From positions 160,001 through 224,000 of the forward strand of contig JBNRMN010000033.1 in NCBI GenBank assembly GCA_050309605.1: a DNA stretch of 64,000 bases, written 5' to 3'. Source of the stretch: Anaerohalosphaeraceae bacterium. Its GTDB lineage: Bacteria; Planctomycetota; Phycisphaerae; Sedimentisphaerales; Anaerohalosphaeraceae. Below, one piece after another: positions 19,243-28,667 of the stretch. Within the stretch, counting starts at the first letter, position 1, and each line of letters starts with the position of its first letter. Position numbers and translations under genes: made by a program. The notes under the pieces were generated by a model, which was not told the DNA's origin, made no database searches, and saw only the letters and a program-made list of their open reading frames with translations.

Positions 19243-19281
19243 TAACAGCTTGTTTCAGGTTATAAGGGATAGTTCAACACA

Positions 19282-20520
19282 ATGACACAATTCAGTGAGA
19301 TACCCGATGTCCTTGACGATTTGCGTCAGGGCAAGATGATCGTGCTTGTGGATGACGAGGATCGCGAAAACGAGGGCGATCTGGTGGCAGCGGCCGAGCT
19401 GATCACGCCGGAGATGATCAATTTTATGGCCACACACGGCCGGGGGATGATTTGCCTTCCGATGGATGAAGACCGATGTGACCGTCTGGGGCTGTATCCC
19501 CAGACGCTGTATAACACCGCTCGTCTGGGCACGGCCTTTACGGTAACGATTGATGCTCGCGAGGGCATCACGACCGGCATCAGTGCCGCCGACCGGGCGC
19601 ATACCATTCGCACGGCGATTGATGACAACTGCACGCCGGCGGATCTGGCTCGGCCGGGGCATATCTTTCCGCTGCGGGCGCGCAAAGGGGGTGTGCTGGT
19701 CCGCGCCGGGCAGACCGAAGGGGCGGTCGATTTGATGCGTCTGGCGGGATTGAAACCGGCCGGGGTGATTTGTGAGATTATGAGCGACGACGGGACGATG
19801 GCCCGCGTGCCGGAACTGATGGACTATTGCCGCCGATTCGGGCTGAAAATGACCTCCATCGCCAAGCTCATCGAGTATCGCCTGCAGCGCGAAAAACAAA
19901 TCATTCGAATTCAGGAAGTCAACCTGCCGACCGATTACGGCCAGTTCAAACTCATCGGTTACGAAAGCCCCGGTTCGACCGAGCCGCACCTGGCCCTGTG
20001 CAAGGGCGGCGTCGGCGATCTGGATGACCACGGCAATCCCATTGCCCATCCTGAACCGATACTGATTCGCGTGCATTCGGAATGTATGACCGGCGATTTG
20101 TTTCATTCGCAGCGCTGCGAGTGCGGCTATCAACTGATCACCGCGATGCAGATGATCGAAAAGGAGGGCAAAGGCGCTTTGATCTATCTGCGTCAGGAAG
20201 GCCGCGGCATCGGCCTGGCCAATAAGCTGCGGGCGTACAAACTTCAGGAACAGGGACGCGATACGGTCGATGCCAATCTGGAGCTGGGATTTATGGCCGA
20301 TAAGCGCGATTACGGCATTGGCGCGCAGATTTGCCATGATCTGGGACTTAGCCGTGTCCGCATTTTGACCAACAATCCCAAAAAAGTCTCGCGTTTACAG
20401 GTCTATGGCATTGAGATTGTCGAACAGCTTCCCTTGTGGGCAAAACCGGTTGAACACAATCGACGTTATCTTGAAACCAAACGCGATCGATTCGGCCATT
20501 TGCTTGAGGAGGATTTATAA
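19282..20520 (+). CDS. ribBA: Bifunctional DHBP synthase / GTP cyclohydrolase II
   Basis: [41 protein letters not shown]. Confidence 0.97.
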   Translation: MTQFSEIPDVLDDLRQGKMIVLVDDEDRENEGDLVAAAELITPEMINFMATHGRGMICLPMDEDRCDRLGLYPQTLYNTARLGTAFTVTIDAREGITTGISAADRAHTIRTAIDDNCTPADLARPGHIFPLRARKGGVLVRAGQTEGAVDLMRLAGLKPAGVICEIMSDDGTMARVPELMDYCRRFGLKMTSIAKLIEYRLQREKQIIRIQEVNLPTDYGQFKLIGYESPGSTEPHLALCKGGVGDLDDHGNPIAHPEPILIRVHSECMTGDLFHSQRCECGYQLITAMQMIEKEGKGALIYLRQEGRGIGLANKLRAYKLQEQGRDTVDANLELGFMADKRDYGIGAQICHDLGLSRVRILTNNPKKVSRLQVYGIEIVEQLPLWAKPVEHNRRYLETKRDRFGHLLEEDL

Positions 20521-20523
20521 ACC

Positions 20524-20997
20524 GTGAGTCGTGTATGGGGCGTAGTACTGATTGCGGCAGGGGTCTTTTTGTCAACCGGCTGCGTTTCGGATCCCTTGGA
20601 TACGCAGCGGCGGTCTGTATGCCTGCGCCTGCTGGCGCTGACGGTTCTCGAATCGGATTCGGACGGTCAGGGCAAGGTCGTGCGGGCGTTTGTCCAGCCG
20701 ACGGATACCGCCCCGGTGCAGTGGTATCGCTTTGAACTGTATGAGCGGATGCCTTATGACGTCAACCCGCGAGGAAAACGGCTGGTTCTTTGGCCGGAGA
20801 TTGAGCCGGGCCTGCCGCGGCCGGATAACGCCCAATGGTATCAGCGGCTGGGTGCGTACGAAATCGCGCTGCCCGTGACCGAGCCGATCCCGAAGGAAAA
20901 ACGGTTGTTGCTGGAAGTAACGGCGTTGACCGCCGACGGCTTACGCTGTTCGGATACCGTTGAGATCGAATCAAACACCAATCTGACAGGTTCATAA
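20524..20997 (+). CDS. Hypothetical lipoprotein
   Basis: GTG start, hydrophobic N-terminus ending in LSTGC lipobox. Confidence 0.75.
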   Translation: MSRVWGVVLIAAGVFLSTGCVSDPLDTQRRSVCLRLLALTVLESDSDGQGKVVRAFVQPTDTAPVQWYRFELYERMPYDVNPRGKRLVLWPEIEPGLPRPDNAQWYQRLGAYEIALPVTEPIPKEKRLLLEVTALTADGLRCSDTVEIESNTNLTGS

Positions 20998-21000
20998 TCC

Positions 21001-21573
21001 GTGAATTGGAAATCCAAACATCAGCGGCTCGATGATGATGCCCTCGTCAAACAATGCCAGCGGGGAGATTCGGAGGCAATGAGCCGCCTGATTTGTAAGT
21101 ATCAAGACAGGGTATATAACACAATTTTAAAAATCTGCAATAATTCCGACGACGCCGCGGAACTTACGCAGGATACATTTGTCAAAGTATTGGAGAACAT
21201 AACGGATTTTCGCGGAAAAAGCTCATTTTATACGTGGCTGTTTCGCGTCGCGTGCAACGAGGCGATCAATTTCTGCCGTCGGCGGTTTAAGGTGGTCTCC
21301 CAGTCGCTGGACAGCGGGATGGCGCTGCCGGCGGATATGTCCGACAACGATCCGGCGCGTCTGGCCCAGCAGAAAGAAGTCATTGCGCTGCTGACCGAGG
21401 CCATCAGCCGGCTGGATGAGGATCATCGTGCTGTGCTGGTTCTTCGCGACATTGAACAGATGTCATACAATCAGATTTCGGATGTGCTTGGGCTGGAGTT
21501 GGGGACGGTCAAGAGCCGACTGAGCCGGGCGCGTGCGATGTTGCGTGAGATTCTTGAGACGGTGTTGACATGA
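21001..21573 (+). CDS. ECF RNA polymerase sigma factor
   Basis: DAAELTQDTF, SFYTWLFRVA, SYNQISDVLGLELGTVKSRLSRAR. Confidence 0.95.
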   Translation: MNWKSKHQRLDDDALVKQCQRGDSEAMSRLICKYQDRVYNTILKICNNSDDAAELTQDTFVKVLENITDFRGKSSFYTWLFRVACNEAINFCRRRFKVVSQSLDSGMALPADMSDNDPARLAQQKEVIALLTEAISRLDEDHRAVLVLRDIEQMSYNQISDVLGLELGTVKSRLSRARAMLREILETVLT

Positions 21574-22577
21574 ATAATGACCCGAAAACCGAAATGGACG
21601 AATTGCTGAGTGCGTATATCGATGACGCACTGACTCAGCGTCAGCAAACCGAGCTGAAACGTCTGCTGCAGCATCAGCCGGAGATTGCCGAACAGCTCAG
21701 CCGTCTGCGCCGTCAGCGGGAGCTGCTTTGTTCGCTGCCGATTGAGACGGCGCCGCCGACGCTGGTCGATGATGTGAAGACTCAACTGGAACGCCGACTG
21801 ATTCTCGAACAAAGGCAATCCCGCGGCTTGCTGAATCGTGCTTCTCTGCTGCGCCGGCGCATCACGGCTGCGGCGGCGATGCTGCTGCTGCCGATAGTGC
21901 TGTTGGGCTATGTGGTCTGGCGGATTGTTATGCCCGTTGCAGATGAGACGACGCAACGCACCACCGCGCAGGCGCTGTTGGAAGAGGACGCAGCGATTGC
22001 CGCGGTTGAACAGGACGAGTCCGCGGCATCCGAGGCCTTTGCAGCGCTGCCGTTTGACGGCGTTCTCGTGCTGACGTCGGAACGCCCGATACTGACGGCA
22101 CAGTCGATTGAAAAACAGATTTTCCTGTTGTCCCTGGAACACCAGACGATTCCCAATCGCACCGCTGAGAAGGTGACATTTCAGCTTGACTGCCCGGCCG
22201 AGCAGTTGGCCGAATTCATTGAGTCGCTCAAGCCGCTCTGGGCGCAGATTGACGACAGTCGGTTGACGCTTCAGGGCGATGACGCGGCGCAGCGGACCAT
22301 TACGATACCGCATATCCGCCCCGAACAGATTCAAACCCTCGTTCGCCAAACGGACACGATGCCGCTGCGGTCTGCGGCTCGACAATTCGCTGCGGCGAAC
22401 ATTTCGTCGCGTCCCGCCACGGAACAGGCCGGTGCTGCGGACGAGGAGCACGTCATCACACCCGATGATCTGCCGATTCCTCGACCGATATTGGCCTGGC
22501 CCGAACAGCCGCCGCCCCAAGCGACAATGACACTGCCTCATGTGCAATTGCTGATTGAGGTGCGCAAGCCGGAATGA
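21570..22577 (+). CDS. Putative membrane-anchored anti-sigma factor
   Basis: ATGA overlap with the sigma gene, ELLSAYIDDAL N-terminal ASD-like helix, single TM segment. Confidence 0.8.
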   Translation: MNNDPKTEMDELLSAYIDDALTQRQQTELKRLLQHQPEIAEQLSRLRRQRELLCSLPIETAPPTLVDDVKTQLERRLILEQRQSRGLLNRASLLRRRITAAAAMLLLPIVLLGYVVWRIVMPVADETTQRTTAQALLEEDAAIAAVEQDESAASEAFAALPFDGVLVLTSERPILTAQSIEKQIFLLSLEHQTIPNRTAEKVTFQLDCPAEQLAEFIESLKPLWAQIDDSRLTLQGDDAAQRTITIPHIRPEQIQTLVRQTDTMPLRSAARQFAAANISSRPATEQAGAADEEHVITPDDLPIPRPILAWPEQPPPQATMTLPHVQLLIEVRKPE

Positions 22578-22609
22578 ATGGAGAATTTAGAATTTAGAAT
22601 TGTATAGGA

Positions 22610-23149
22610 ATGCTCAGCTCGGATAAATCGTGTCTGGTCGTGATTGATGTACAGGAGAAACTGGCCGCGGTGATGCACGAATCGGCGGGGATGGTTTCCA
22701 ATTGCGTCGTCCTGGTGCGAATTGCCCGCACGCTGGATATGCCTGTGTTGTGGTGTCAGCAGTATCCCGAAGGCATCGGGCCGACGGTTGAGCCGCTGCG
22801 GGAGCATTTGAGCGGCATCGAACCGATAAACAAGCGGTGCTTTAGCTGCGTCGGGCATCCGGATTTTTCGGCCAGGCTCGAACAGCTCAATGTCGAAACG
22901 GCGATCTTGTGCGGCATTGAAACCCACGTCTGTGTCTTTCAAAGCGCGATGGAACTGATGCAAAAAGGTCTGTATGTCCACGTCATCGCCGATGCCGTTG
23001 CCTCGCGGACGCCGGCGAATAAACATCTCGGCCTGAATCGTATGGCCGCGTCCGGTGCGGTCATCAGTTCAACGGAAATGCTTCTGTTTGAATTGCTGCG
23101 AAGTGCCGAGCATCCGCACTTCAAGACACTCAGCAAGCTGATTCGGTGA
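22610..23149 (+). CDS. Isochorismatase-family hydrolase
   Basis: LVVIDVQEKL, QYPEGIGPT, K..FSC, GIETHVCV. Confidence 0.92.
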   Translation: MLSSDKSCLVVIDVQEKLAAVMHESAGMVSNCVVLVRIARTLDMPVLWCQQYPEGIGPTVEPLREHLSGIEPINKRCFSCVGHPDFSARLEQLNVETAILCGIETHVCVFQSAMELMQKGLYVHVIADAVASRTPANKHLGLNRMAASGAVISSTEMLLFELLRSAEHPHFKTLSKLIR

Positions 23150-23151
23150 GT

Positions 23152-23472
23152 TTACGGCTTGAGCGAATCGGCCAGATGAATCTGTTTATATCGGTCGGGG
23201 TGGTAGTATAATTGCAGCAGGGCGGTCAATTGCATAAAATCCACATAGTAGCGCCGAGCTTCGGCGTCGGCCAACAGCCACTTTTCCAGCCGCAAGAGAT
23301 ACCGCCGTTCGAGTACGCCGTCCAGCAATTTGAGAATGAACACACCCAGCCGCACCCAGCGTCGCGCCGTGGGGTCGATCGGATCGGATTCGGCGGCCGA
23401 ACCGAGCGACTCGTCGCACAATCGGTTCAGCTTGTTGATTTCGGACTGAATGTCATTAATGTCTTCGAACAT
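23152..23472 (-). CDS. Hypothetical protein (anti-sigma N-terminal-like helices)
   Basis: 106 aa; LLDG...LEKWLLADAEARRYY..FMQL resembles N-termini of planctomycete FecR-type proteins. Confidence 0.65.
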   Translation of the reverse strand: MFEDINDIQSEINKLNRLCDESLGSAAESDPIDPTARRWVRLGVFILKLLDGVLERRYLLRLEKWLLADAEARRYYVDFMQLTALLQLYYHPDRYKQIHLADSLKP

Positions 23473-23602
23473 AATTAAATTGTACGTTCCCTATGCCGAT
23501 GTGCCTACTTTTTTTCGCCGAACAATCCTTTTTTTCGACATTTTTTGTGAAAAAATGAATCAAAAAACAGAAAAACGGGTTTTTTAGGCTAATCGTCATC
23601 TC

Positions 23603-25702
23603 TTATGGCATTTTTTTGAGACCTTCCCACTTAACGACCCATTTTCCATCGTCCGGAAATCCGGGGGCATTGCGCGTCGGGGCGTCGTCCCAGCCGGCGG
23701 CCATCATCGCCGCCGCTGTCAGCAGGCCGCCGTTGCCGGGCATATAGACCGGCAGGCCTTCACGCTGCCAGTTGTGTCCGTTGGGCAGATAGCGGTTTTT
23801 CTGCACTTCCAGCAGCAGGGCGTCAATCGCCCAATCCGGCCTGCCGACCCGTGCGGCGGTCATCGCGATCATCGGATAATCCCAGCCCCACGTGTCGCTC
23901 CAGTCCCAGTTGCGCAACACATGTTCGACGGTCCGCGTCATCACCGCCTCGTTGACCATTCGCGATTTGGGCAGCACGCCCCAGGCGGCCAGCATACAGG
24001 GATGTCCGCCGTCGGCAACGAGCGGATGTTCCTGCTCCACATAGACACCGTTGTGTATCGGCAGTATCGCCAGATTACCCGCGATGCGCTCCCACATCGC
24101 GGCCGGTTCCAGTCCGAGCCGCTGACGCCACTGGGAGGCGGTGCGCAGCGCCCAATGCCAATAGGCCAGCTCAAAGGCAGCATTTTTGGTTTCGGCATAG
24201 CGTTTCGGCTCAAATTCCCGTGCCGAAATCAGCGGCGGCCCCAGTACAAAACTTTCGCTGAGGTCGTCCCAGTGTGCAAAATCGGCCATAAACGTCGCCG
24301 TTTCAAAAACGATGTCCTGGTATTTTTCCAGCGTTTCAGTGGTCGGATTTTCACGATAAAGCAGCTCGGCATAATAAATCGGATGCGGTTGCTGCCAAAT
24401 CAGCAGCGGCCCGATGCCCGAAGGAGCGTCCTGACCGTCGGGGCCGACCATCTTGGGCCAGCGCACGCCGGCATAGCCCTGCCGCTCGGCAATCTGTCGC
24501 GCGACCGGCATAATCTGTTCATACCACGCCAGCGACCGCTCGAATAAAGCACTGCGTCCCCAGAGCATCCACTGCACGCCGTGCCACCAGTGCATTTCCA
24601 AATGAAACTTGCCGAACCAGCTCGTGCAGGTCAGCCCCGTCTCGGCCGGCGGGTACTTCTGGGCAGACTGAAGACCCATCAGATACTGCGACAGCACAAT
24701 CCGCCGTTCCAGCTCATACCAGCGTTCGTCGCTGCTTTCGGACAAGTCAATCGCTCCGCCGGAGGTCCAGAAATTGTGCCAATGAGTCGCGGCCTTGCGG
24801 CTGATGTCCTCGAATGATTCGACGGGCGAATCGATGGGCGTCTGTGAAAAGAGGACCGAAAACGTCAACGTCTCATCGCCGTTCGGCCCGAACAGCAGGT
24901 ATTCGTGACGATCAGTCTTGAGCAGCTTGCCGTTGTGGTGAATGCGGCAGAAATACGTCAGTGTATCCAGTTCGCGCTCGATCAGGGCGCTGGTTTCGTT
25001 TTCGCGGACTGTTTGGGTCCGATGTTTGCTCGGCTGCGACCAGTCGGCCGGGTCATTGCCCCATGTCGCCGACGGATACGGAAAACGCAGGGCGATTTTG
25101 ACACGTCCGTCCCGCAGCAGGGCGCTGTCAATCGACACGGCGATGCCGTCATAGTCGGGATGTGCGACGGTGTGTACTTCGACCGGCTGGCCGTCGATGG
25201 CAAATCGGCTGACGAGCCGTCCTTCCCACAGCCGCAGTGTTTGGTTGATTTGCGACAGATCGGCCACGGTCAGCCGCCTGCCGTTTTCATCCGTCAGGAC
25301 AAAGCCGATCTGCCCCAGATGCGTTTGATGCGGATTGGCTCGCAGATAGCGTCCGGCGGGGGATTCACTGATGATGTTGTACTCCACCGCTCGGCCGTAG
25401 GTATCGGCCTTGACAAAGGTATCGGCCAGCGTATAGCCCTCGGTGTTTTCGAATCGGTTCCAGCCCCACTCGGCCATTGTGGTCAAGGGAATCGTGTTCG
25501 CGTAGTGGGCGGGAAAACTTTGCAGCCCGGTTACATCGGCGTTAAACGCAAATCGCCCGTTGCCTACCGACAGCGGCGCCAGCGGATCGGCGGCGGTCAG
25601 CTTGACATCGTGTCGGCTGACAAGCGCCTTGCGGTCAATCCCCTCTGCCCGGATTGCACCGCCAACCACCGCGACCCACACCAACGCCATCCGAATGTCC
25701 AT
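23603..25702 (-). CDS. Secreted glycoside hydrolase, GH65-like (alpha/alpha)6 barrel
   Basis: Signal peptide, IDRKALVSRH, LSVGNGRFAF, SWFGKFHLEM, WQQPHP, WGWDYP, PGNGGLL. Confidence 0.8.
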   Translation of the reverse strand: MDIRMALVWVAVVGGAIRAEGIDRKALVSRHDVKLTAADPLAPLSVGNGRFAFNADVTGLQSFPAHYANTIPLTTMAEWGWNRFENTEGYTLADTFVKADTYGRAVEYNIISESPAGRYLRANPHQTHLGQIGFVLTDENGRRLTVADLSQINQTLRLWEGRLVSRFAIDGQPVEVHTVAHPDYDGIAVSIDSALLRDGRVKIALRFPYPSATWGNDPADWSQPSKHRTQTVRENETSALIERELDTLTYFCRIHHNGKLLKTDRHEYLLFGPNGDETLTFSVLFSQTPIDSPVESFEDISRKAATHWHNFWTSGGAIDLSESSDERWYELERRIVLSQYLMGLQSAQKYPPAETGLTCTSWFGKFHLEMHWWHGVQWMLWGRSALFERSLAWYEQIMPVARQIAERQGYAGVRWPKMVGPDGQDAPSGIGPLLIWQQPHPIYYAELLYRENPTTETLEKYQDIVFETATFMADFAHWDDLSESFVLGPPLISAREFEPKRYAETKNAAFELAYWHWALRTASQWRQRLGLEPAAMWERIAGNLAILPIHNGVYVEQEHPLVADGGHPCMLAAWGVLPKSRMVNEAVMTRTVEHVLRNWDWSDTWGWDYPMIAMTAARVGRPDWAIDALLLEVQKNRYLPNGHNWQREGLPVYMPGNGGLLTAAAMMAAGWDDAPTRNAPGFPDDGKWVVKWEGLKKMP

Positions 25703-25771
25703 ACTTGGCCTCCCAATATGCAATGATCAATAATCAATTGAAAGAGTGGGTCTGTAAGCCGAGTTCTGTAT

Positions 25772-25867
25772 CCCCGCACCTAAAAATTGATATTGATCAT
25801 TATCCATCGATGATTGTTGTGTGAACGCAATATCAACGTTGTCAATCTTCAATTTTTAGGTGCGGGG
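25772..25867. repeat. 96-bp hairpin element with 19-bp perfect terminal inverted repeats (rnpB P19)
   Basis: CCCCGCACCTAAAAATTGA ... TCAATTTTTAGGTGCGGGG. Confidence 0.9.
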
Positions 25868-26168
25868 CAGCGGTCATTAAACTGGACCGGCCGTTGCCGA
25901 CCGGCTCTGACGACAGATCTGCCCGTCGTCAAGCGACCTACCCGCTGTGAAACGCCCGGGCCGGGCACACAGCATACTTGGTCTTGCAGGCGGTGGGGTT
26001 TGCCGTGCCGCCGCTGTTACCAGCGACGCGGTGCGCTCTTACCGCACCATTTCACCCTTACCTGTGCCCCGAAGGGCCATCGGCGGTGTCTTTTCTGCGG
26101 CACTTTCCCGCGGGTTGCCCCGGGCGGCCGTTAGCCGCCACCGTGCCCTGTCCTGCTCGGACTTTCCT

Positions 26169-26272
26169 CCCCGCACCTAAAAAAGTATGCACATATCACC
26201 CTCGTTGTGCTGTTCTTTGCACTCAGAACCACAGCACACAATCGTATCAGACCTACTTTTTTAGGTGCGGGG
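26169..26272. repeat. 104-bp hairpin element with 19-bp perfect terminal inverted repeats (rnpB P3)
   Basis: CCCCGCACCTAAAAAAGTA ... TACTTTTTTAGGTGCGGGG. Confidence 0.9.
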
Positions 26273-26413
26273 CGACCGCCCGACCCACTCTTTCAGAGTC
26301 CTATTATAAAGGGTAATGAGCGCAGATAAAGAAGGTTCGCCTGAAAATCGGCTTTTTGGCCTGTTTTTTGTGAAAAAAGGCCGCGATTGGAATCATCGCG
26401 GCCCGACAGAGAG

Positions 26414-27091
26414 TCAGTTTTCCCGGACGAGTACGTCAAGGGTGCGTGTGCCCCATTTTTTGGCCACGGCGTGGGAATGGAAGAAGACGTCAAGGCGGTT
26501 GCCTTTGATAACCCGTCCGCGGTCCAGCACCTGCACGGACCGGTTGTCATTGTACCCCGGAATAATCATTTCAGTGCCGAATTGATACATTTTATCGGCG
26601 GCGACGAACACATCACCCGGACGGATGCGGTGGTTGCAGGCGGTCACGCCGTCGGCAAACTTGCCGCAGCAGATGGAACACGGGCAATAGGCCGTGACGC
26701 GCATCCGGACAACCCGCCAGCGCTGGTCGTTTTTGACCACCTCATAGACTGCGTCCTGGTCATTTTGGTAGAGCCGTTCCAGGAGGTGCTGCTCAGCGGT
26801 GTAGCTTGACGTGTCCGCCTCGGCCTCGATTGGCTCTTCGGCTGCGGCGGCGGGCACATCCTCTTCATACGGCATCATCGCACGCAAATACAGGGTTCCG
26901 TCGGCGATAGCCATTGTCATGCAGCATCCGAGGACGAGCAAAAACAGGGCGGCCGCTGCCCATGCCGCGACGCCGAACAAATACGGCTGGCCCCCGTGCG
27001 GGCGCAAGGTTTTCTCCTGCTGTGCCAATTGTCGAACCTTTCCAAAAATATCGCATTCAGGCGGACTTACACAAGTCCTGTCCCCTTTCAC
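26414..27091 (-). CDS. 3D (Asp-Asp-Asp) domain membrane protein
   Basis: TM segment, VTAYCPC..CCG, VAAD, VLDRG..IKGNRLDVF. Confidence 0.88.
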   Translation of the reverse strand: MKGDRTCVSPPECDIFGKVRQLAQQEKTLRPHGGQPYLFGVAAWAAAALFLLVLGCCMTMAIADGTLYLRAMMPYEEDVPAAAAEEPIEAEADTSSYTAEQHLLERLYQNDQDAVYEVVKNDQRWRVVRMRVTAYCPCSICCGKFADGVTACNHRIRPGDVFVAADKMYQFGTEMIIPGYNDNRSVQVLDRGRVIKGNRLDVFFHSHAVAKKWGTRTLDVLVREN

Positions 27092-27198
27092 GTGAGCCGA
27101 TCTATTGTCGGCTCCTGACCTGTCCGGTCATCATTGAAAGGCCTTCCATGGCGCAGTAAACGACAAAAGCCCCGGTATCCGAGGGCTTCATTAACGGG

Positions 27199-27227
27199 AG
27201 CATAGCAAGTCAATATTAAAATGTCAA
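27199..27227 (-). promoter_or_regulatory. Putative sigma70 promoter of the 3D-domain gene
   Basis: TTGACA-N17-TATGCT with extended TG on the minus strand. Confidence 0.6.
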
Positions 27228-27899
27228 GCGACATCGCTGTAAAAGTGCGATTGAGGGGCCGATAAAATACCGGTTTTTAGTGTTGTAAGTAAGGTTTTTT
27301 GAAAAAACGTAAAATTTTCAGGGATTCACGACTCTTTTTATAGGTCAATTTTTTTGAATGCCTCGAATTTGAAATGGTGGTTTGCGCTCAAGTGAGCCGC
27401 GGGCGTCCATGCCCACGACCCTATGATACCCCAGATGCTCCTCGGCGCGTCGGGCGCGTACCGAGTACCTGTCCGTATCATCTGATGATCATTGCTGAAA
27501 TGCCTCGTTTTTTGTTCACGTCAGCCTCCTTAAAACACTCATTATTTGAGACCCTATTATACTGGCCCCTGAAGGGGATTCAATCCTCATTTCGGTGTTT
27601 TTCGAAAAAATATGAAAAATCGGTTCATTTGCGCCGGGAGATAATAAACACCATCACCGCCACAATCAGAACAATGACGAGCACTTCGTGTGAACTCAGC
27701 ATCACCGCGATCATCGCACGACCGTTCCGATAGATTGAATCATTCTGTTCATCGATCTGTTCATCGATTTCAATTATGCCGGCCCGGTGCAACGGGTCAA
27801 GTACTAATTTTTTGTGAAGCGGCATCCTGTTTTCTCTTGCGAATGCTTTGATGTCTTTTTATAGTAAACAAAAAGAACTTGTCGAGGGAGAACAGAAAA

Positions 27900-28565
27900 A
27901 TGAAGGTCTATCGCTTGTGCCCCATCGTCGCAGCGGGACTGTTTTTATGGGGGGTATCGCTGCAATCGGCGTCTGTTGAAGCTCCTTGCCAGACGCCTCA
28001 AACCTATGGTTCGGCTGAGGTGTCGCGCCTCATTGAAATGGATTCGGCCTGCACGCTGCTGTGCGATATTGAGTCCTTTCCGCCTGTCGTCGGTCAAGCC
28101 ATTCCCGTGCATCTTGAAGGGGTGGAGGTTCCCTCCGGCGGGGCGGTCAATCGTGAGGTGGCGGCCTTTCTTCAGCAGGTTCTCACGCCGGAGACGCAGG
28201 AGCCTCCTTCGATTGTGCTGAAAAACATCCGCCGCGGGCTAACGTTTTCCCTGGTGGCCGATGTCGAGGTCGATGGCAAAGACCTGGCTCAGATGCTTGT
28301 GGACAAAGGGCTGGCGCGTCGGATCATCCGGCTGGACGCCGAATCGCAGGCCGAAGGCTCCGCTGCCGCAGCGCAGGGCGAATCCTCGCAGCAGACCGAA
28401 TCGACGAAGCAAACGGGATTTGTTGCCTCACGAACCAGTAAAATCTTTCATCGCCCCGATTGCTCCCATGCCAAACGCATTGATCCGGCCAGGGTCGTCG
28501 TATTTGAAACACGGCAGGAAGCCGAGCAAAACGGGCGACGCCCCTGTAAGACCTGCAATCCGTAA
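27900..28565 (+). CDS. Secreted thermonuclease-like OB domain plus Ada-type Zn-binding domain protein
   Basis: Signal peptide; VHLEGVEVP, LVADVEVDGKDLAQMLVDKGLA; C-terminal SKIFHRPDC...GRRPCKTCNP. Confidence 0.8.
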   Translation: MKVYRLCPIVAAGLFLWGVSLQSASVEAPCQTPQTYGSAEVSRLIEMDSACTLLCDIESFPPVVGQAIPVHLEGVEVPSGGAVNREVAAFLQQVLTPETQEPPSIVLKNIRRGLTFSLVADVEVDGKDLAQMLVDKGLARRIIRLDAESQAEGSAAAAQGESSQQTESTKQTGFVASRTSKIFHRPDCSHAKRIDPARVVVFETRQEAEQNGRRPCKTCNP

Positions 28566-28593
28566 TTGGTTTAGCGGCGCCGGCCGCGCGCAA

Positions 28594-28629
28594 AAAAGCC
28601 CTTCTTTCTTAAGAGAAGGAAGGGCTTTT
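28594..28629. terminator. Bidirectional intrinsic terminator
   Basis: AAAAGCCCTTC...GAAGGGCTTTT between convergent genes. Confidence 0.75.
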
Positions 28630-28667
28630 GGCTCATTTTCGGCGACACGCCGAGTCTGCCCAAAGGC

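Larger units (their letters stand above)
25740..26294 (-). ncRNA. rnpB: RNase P RNA (type A-like) with expanded P3, P19 and an extra helix
   Basis: Minus strand has GAGGAAAGTCC and ACAGAACTCGGCTTA; P1 is GAAAGAGTGGGTC/GACCCACTCTTTC; TATAAT upstream (26303-26308). Confidence 0.96.

Noticed and set aside
25814..26316. Plus-strand ORFs of 77-112 aa
   Set aside because: They overlap rnpB and are spurious
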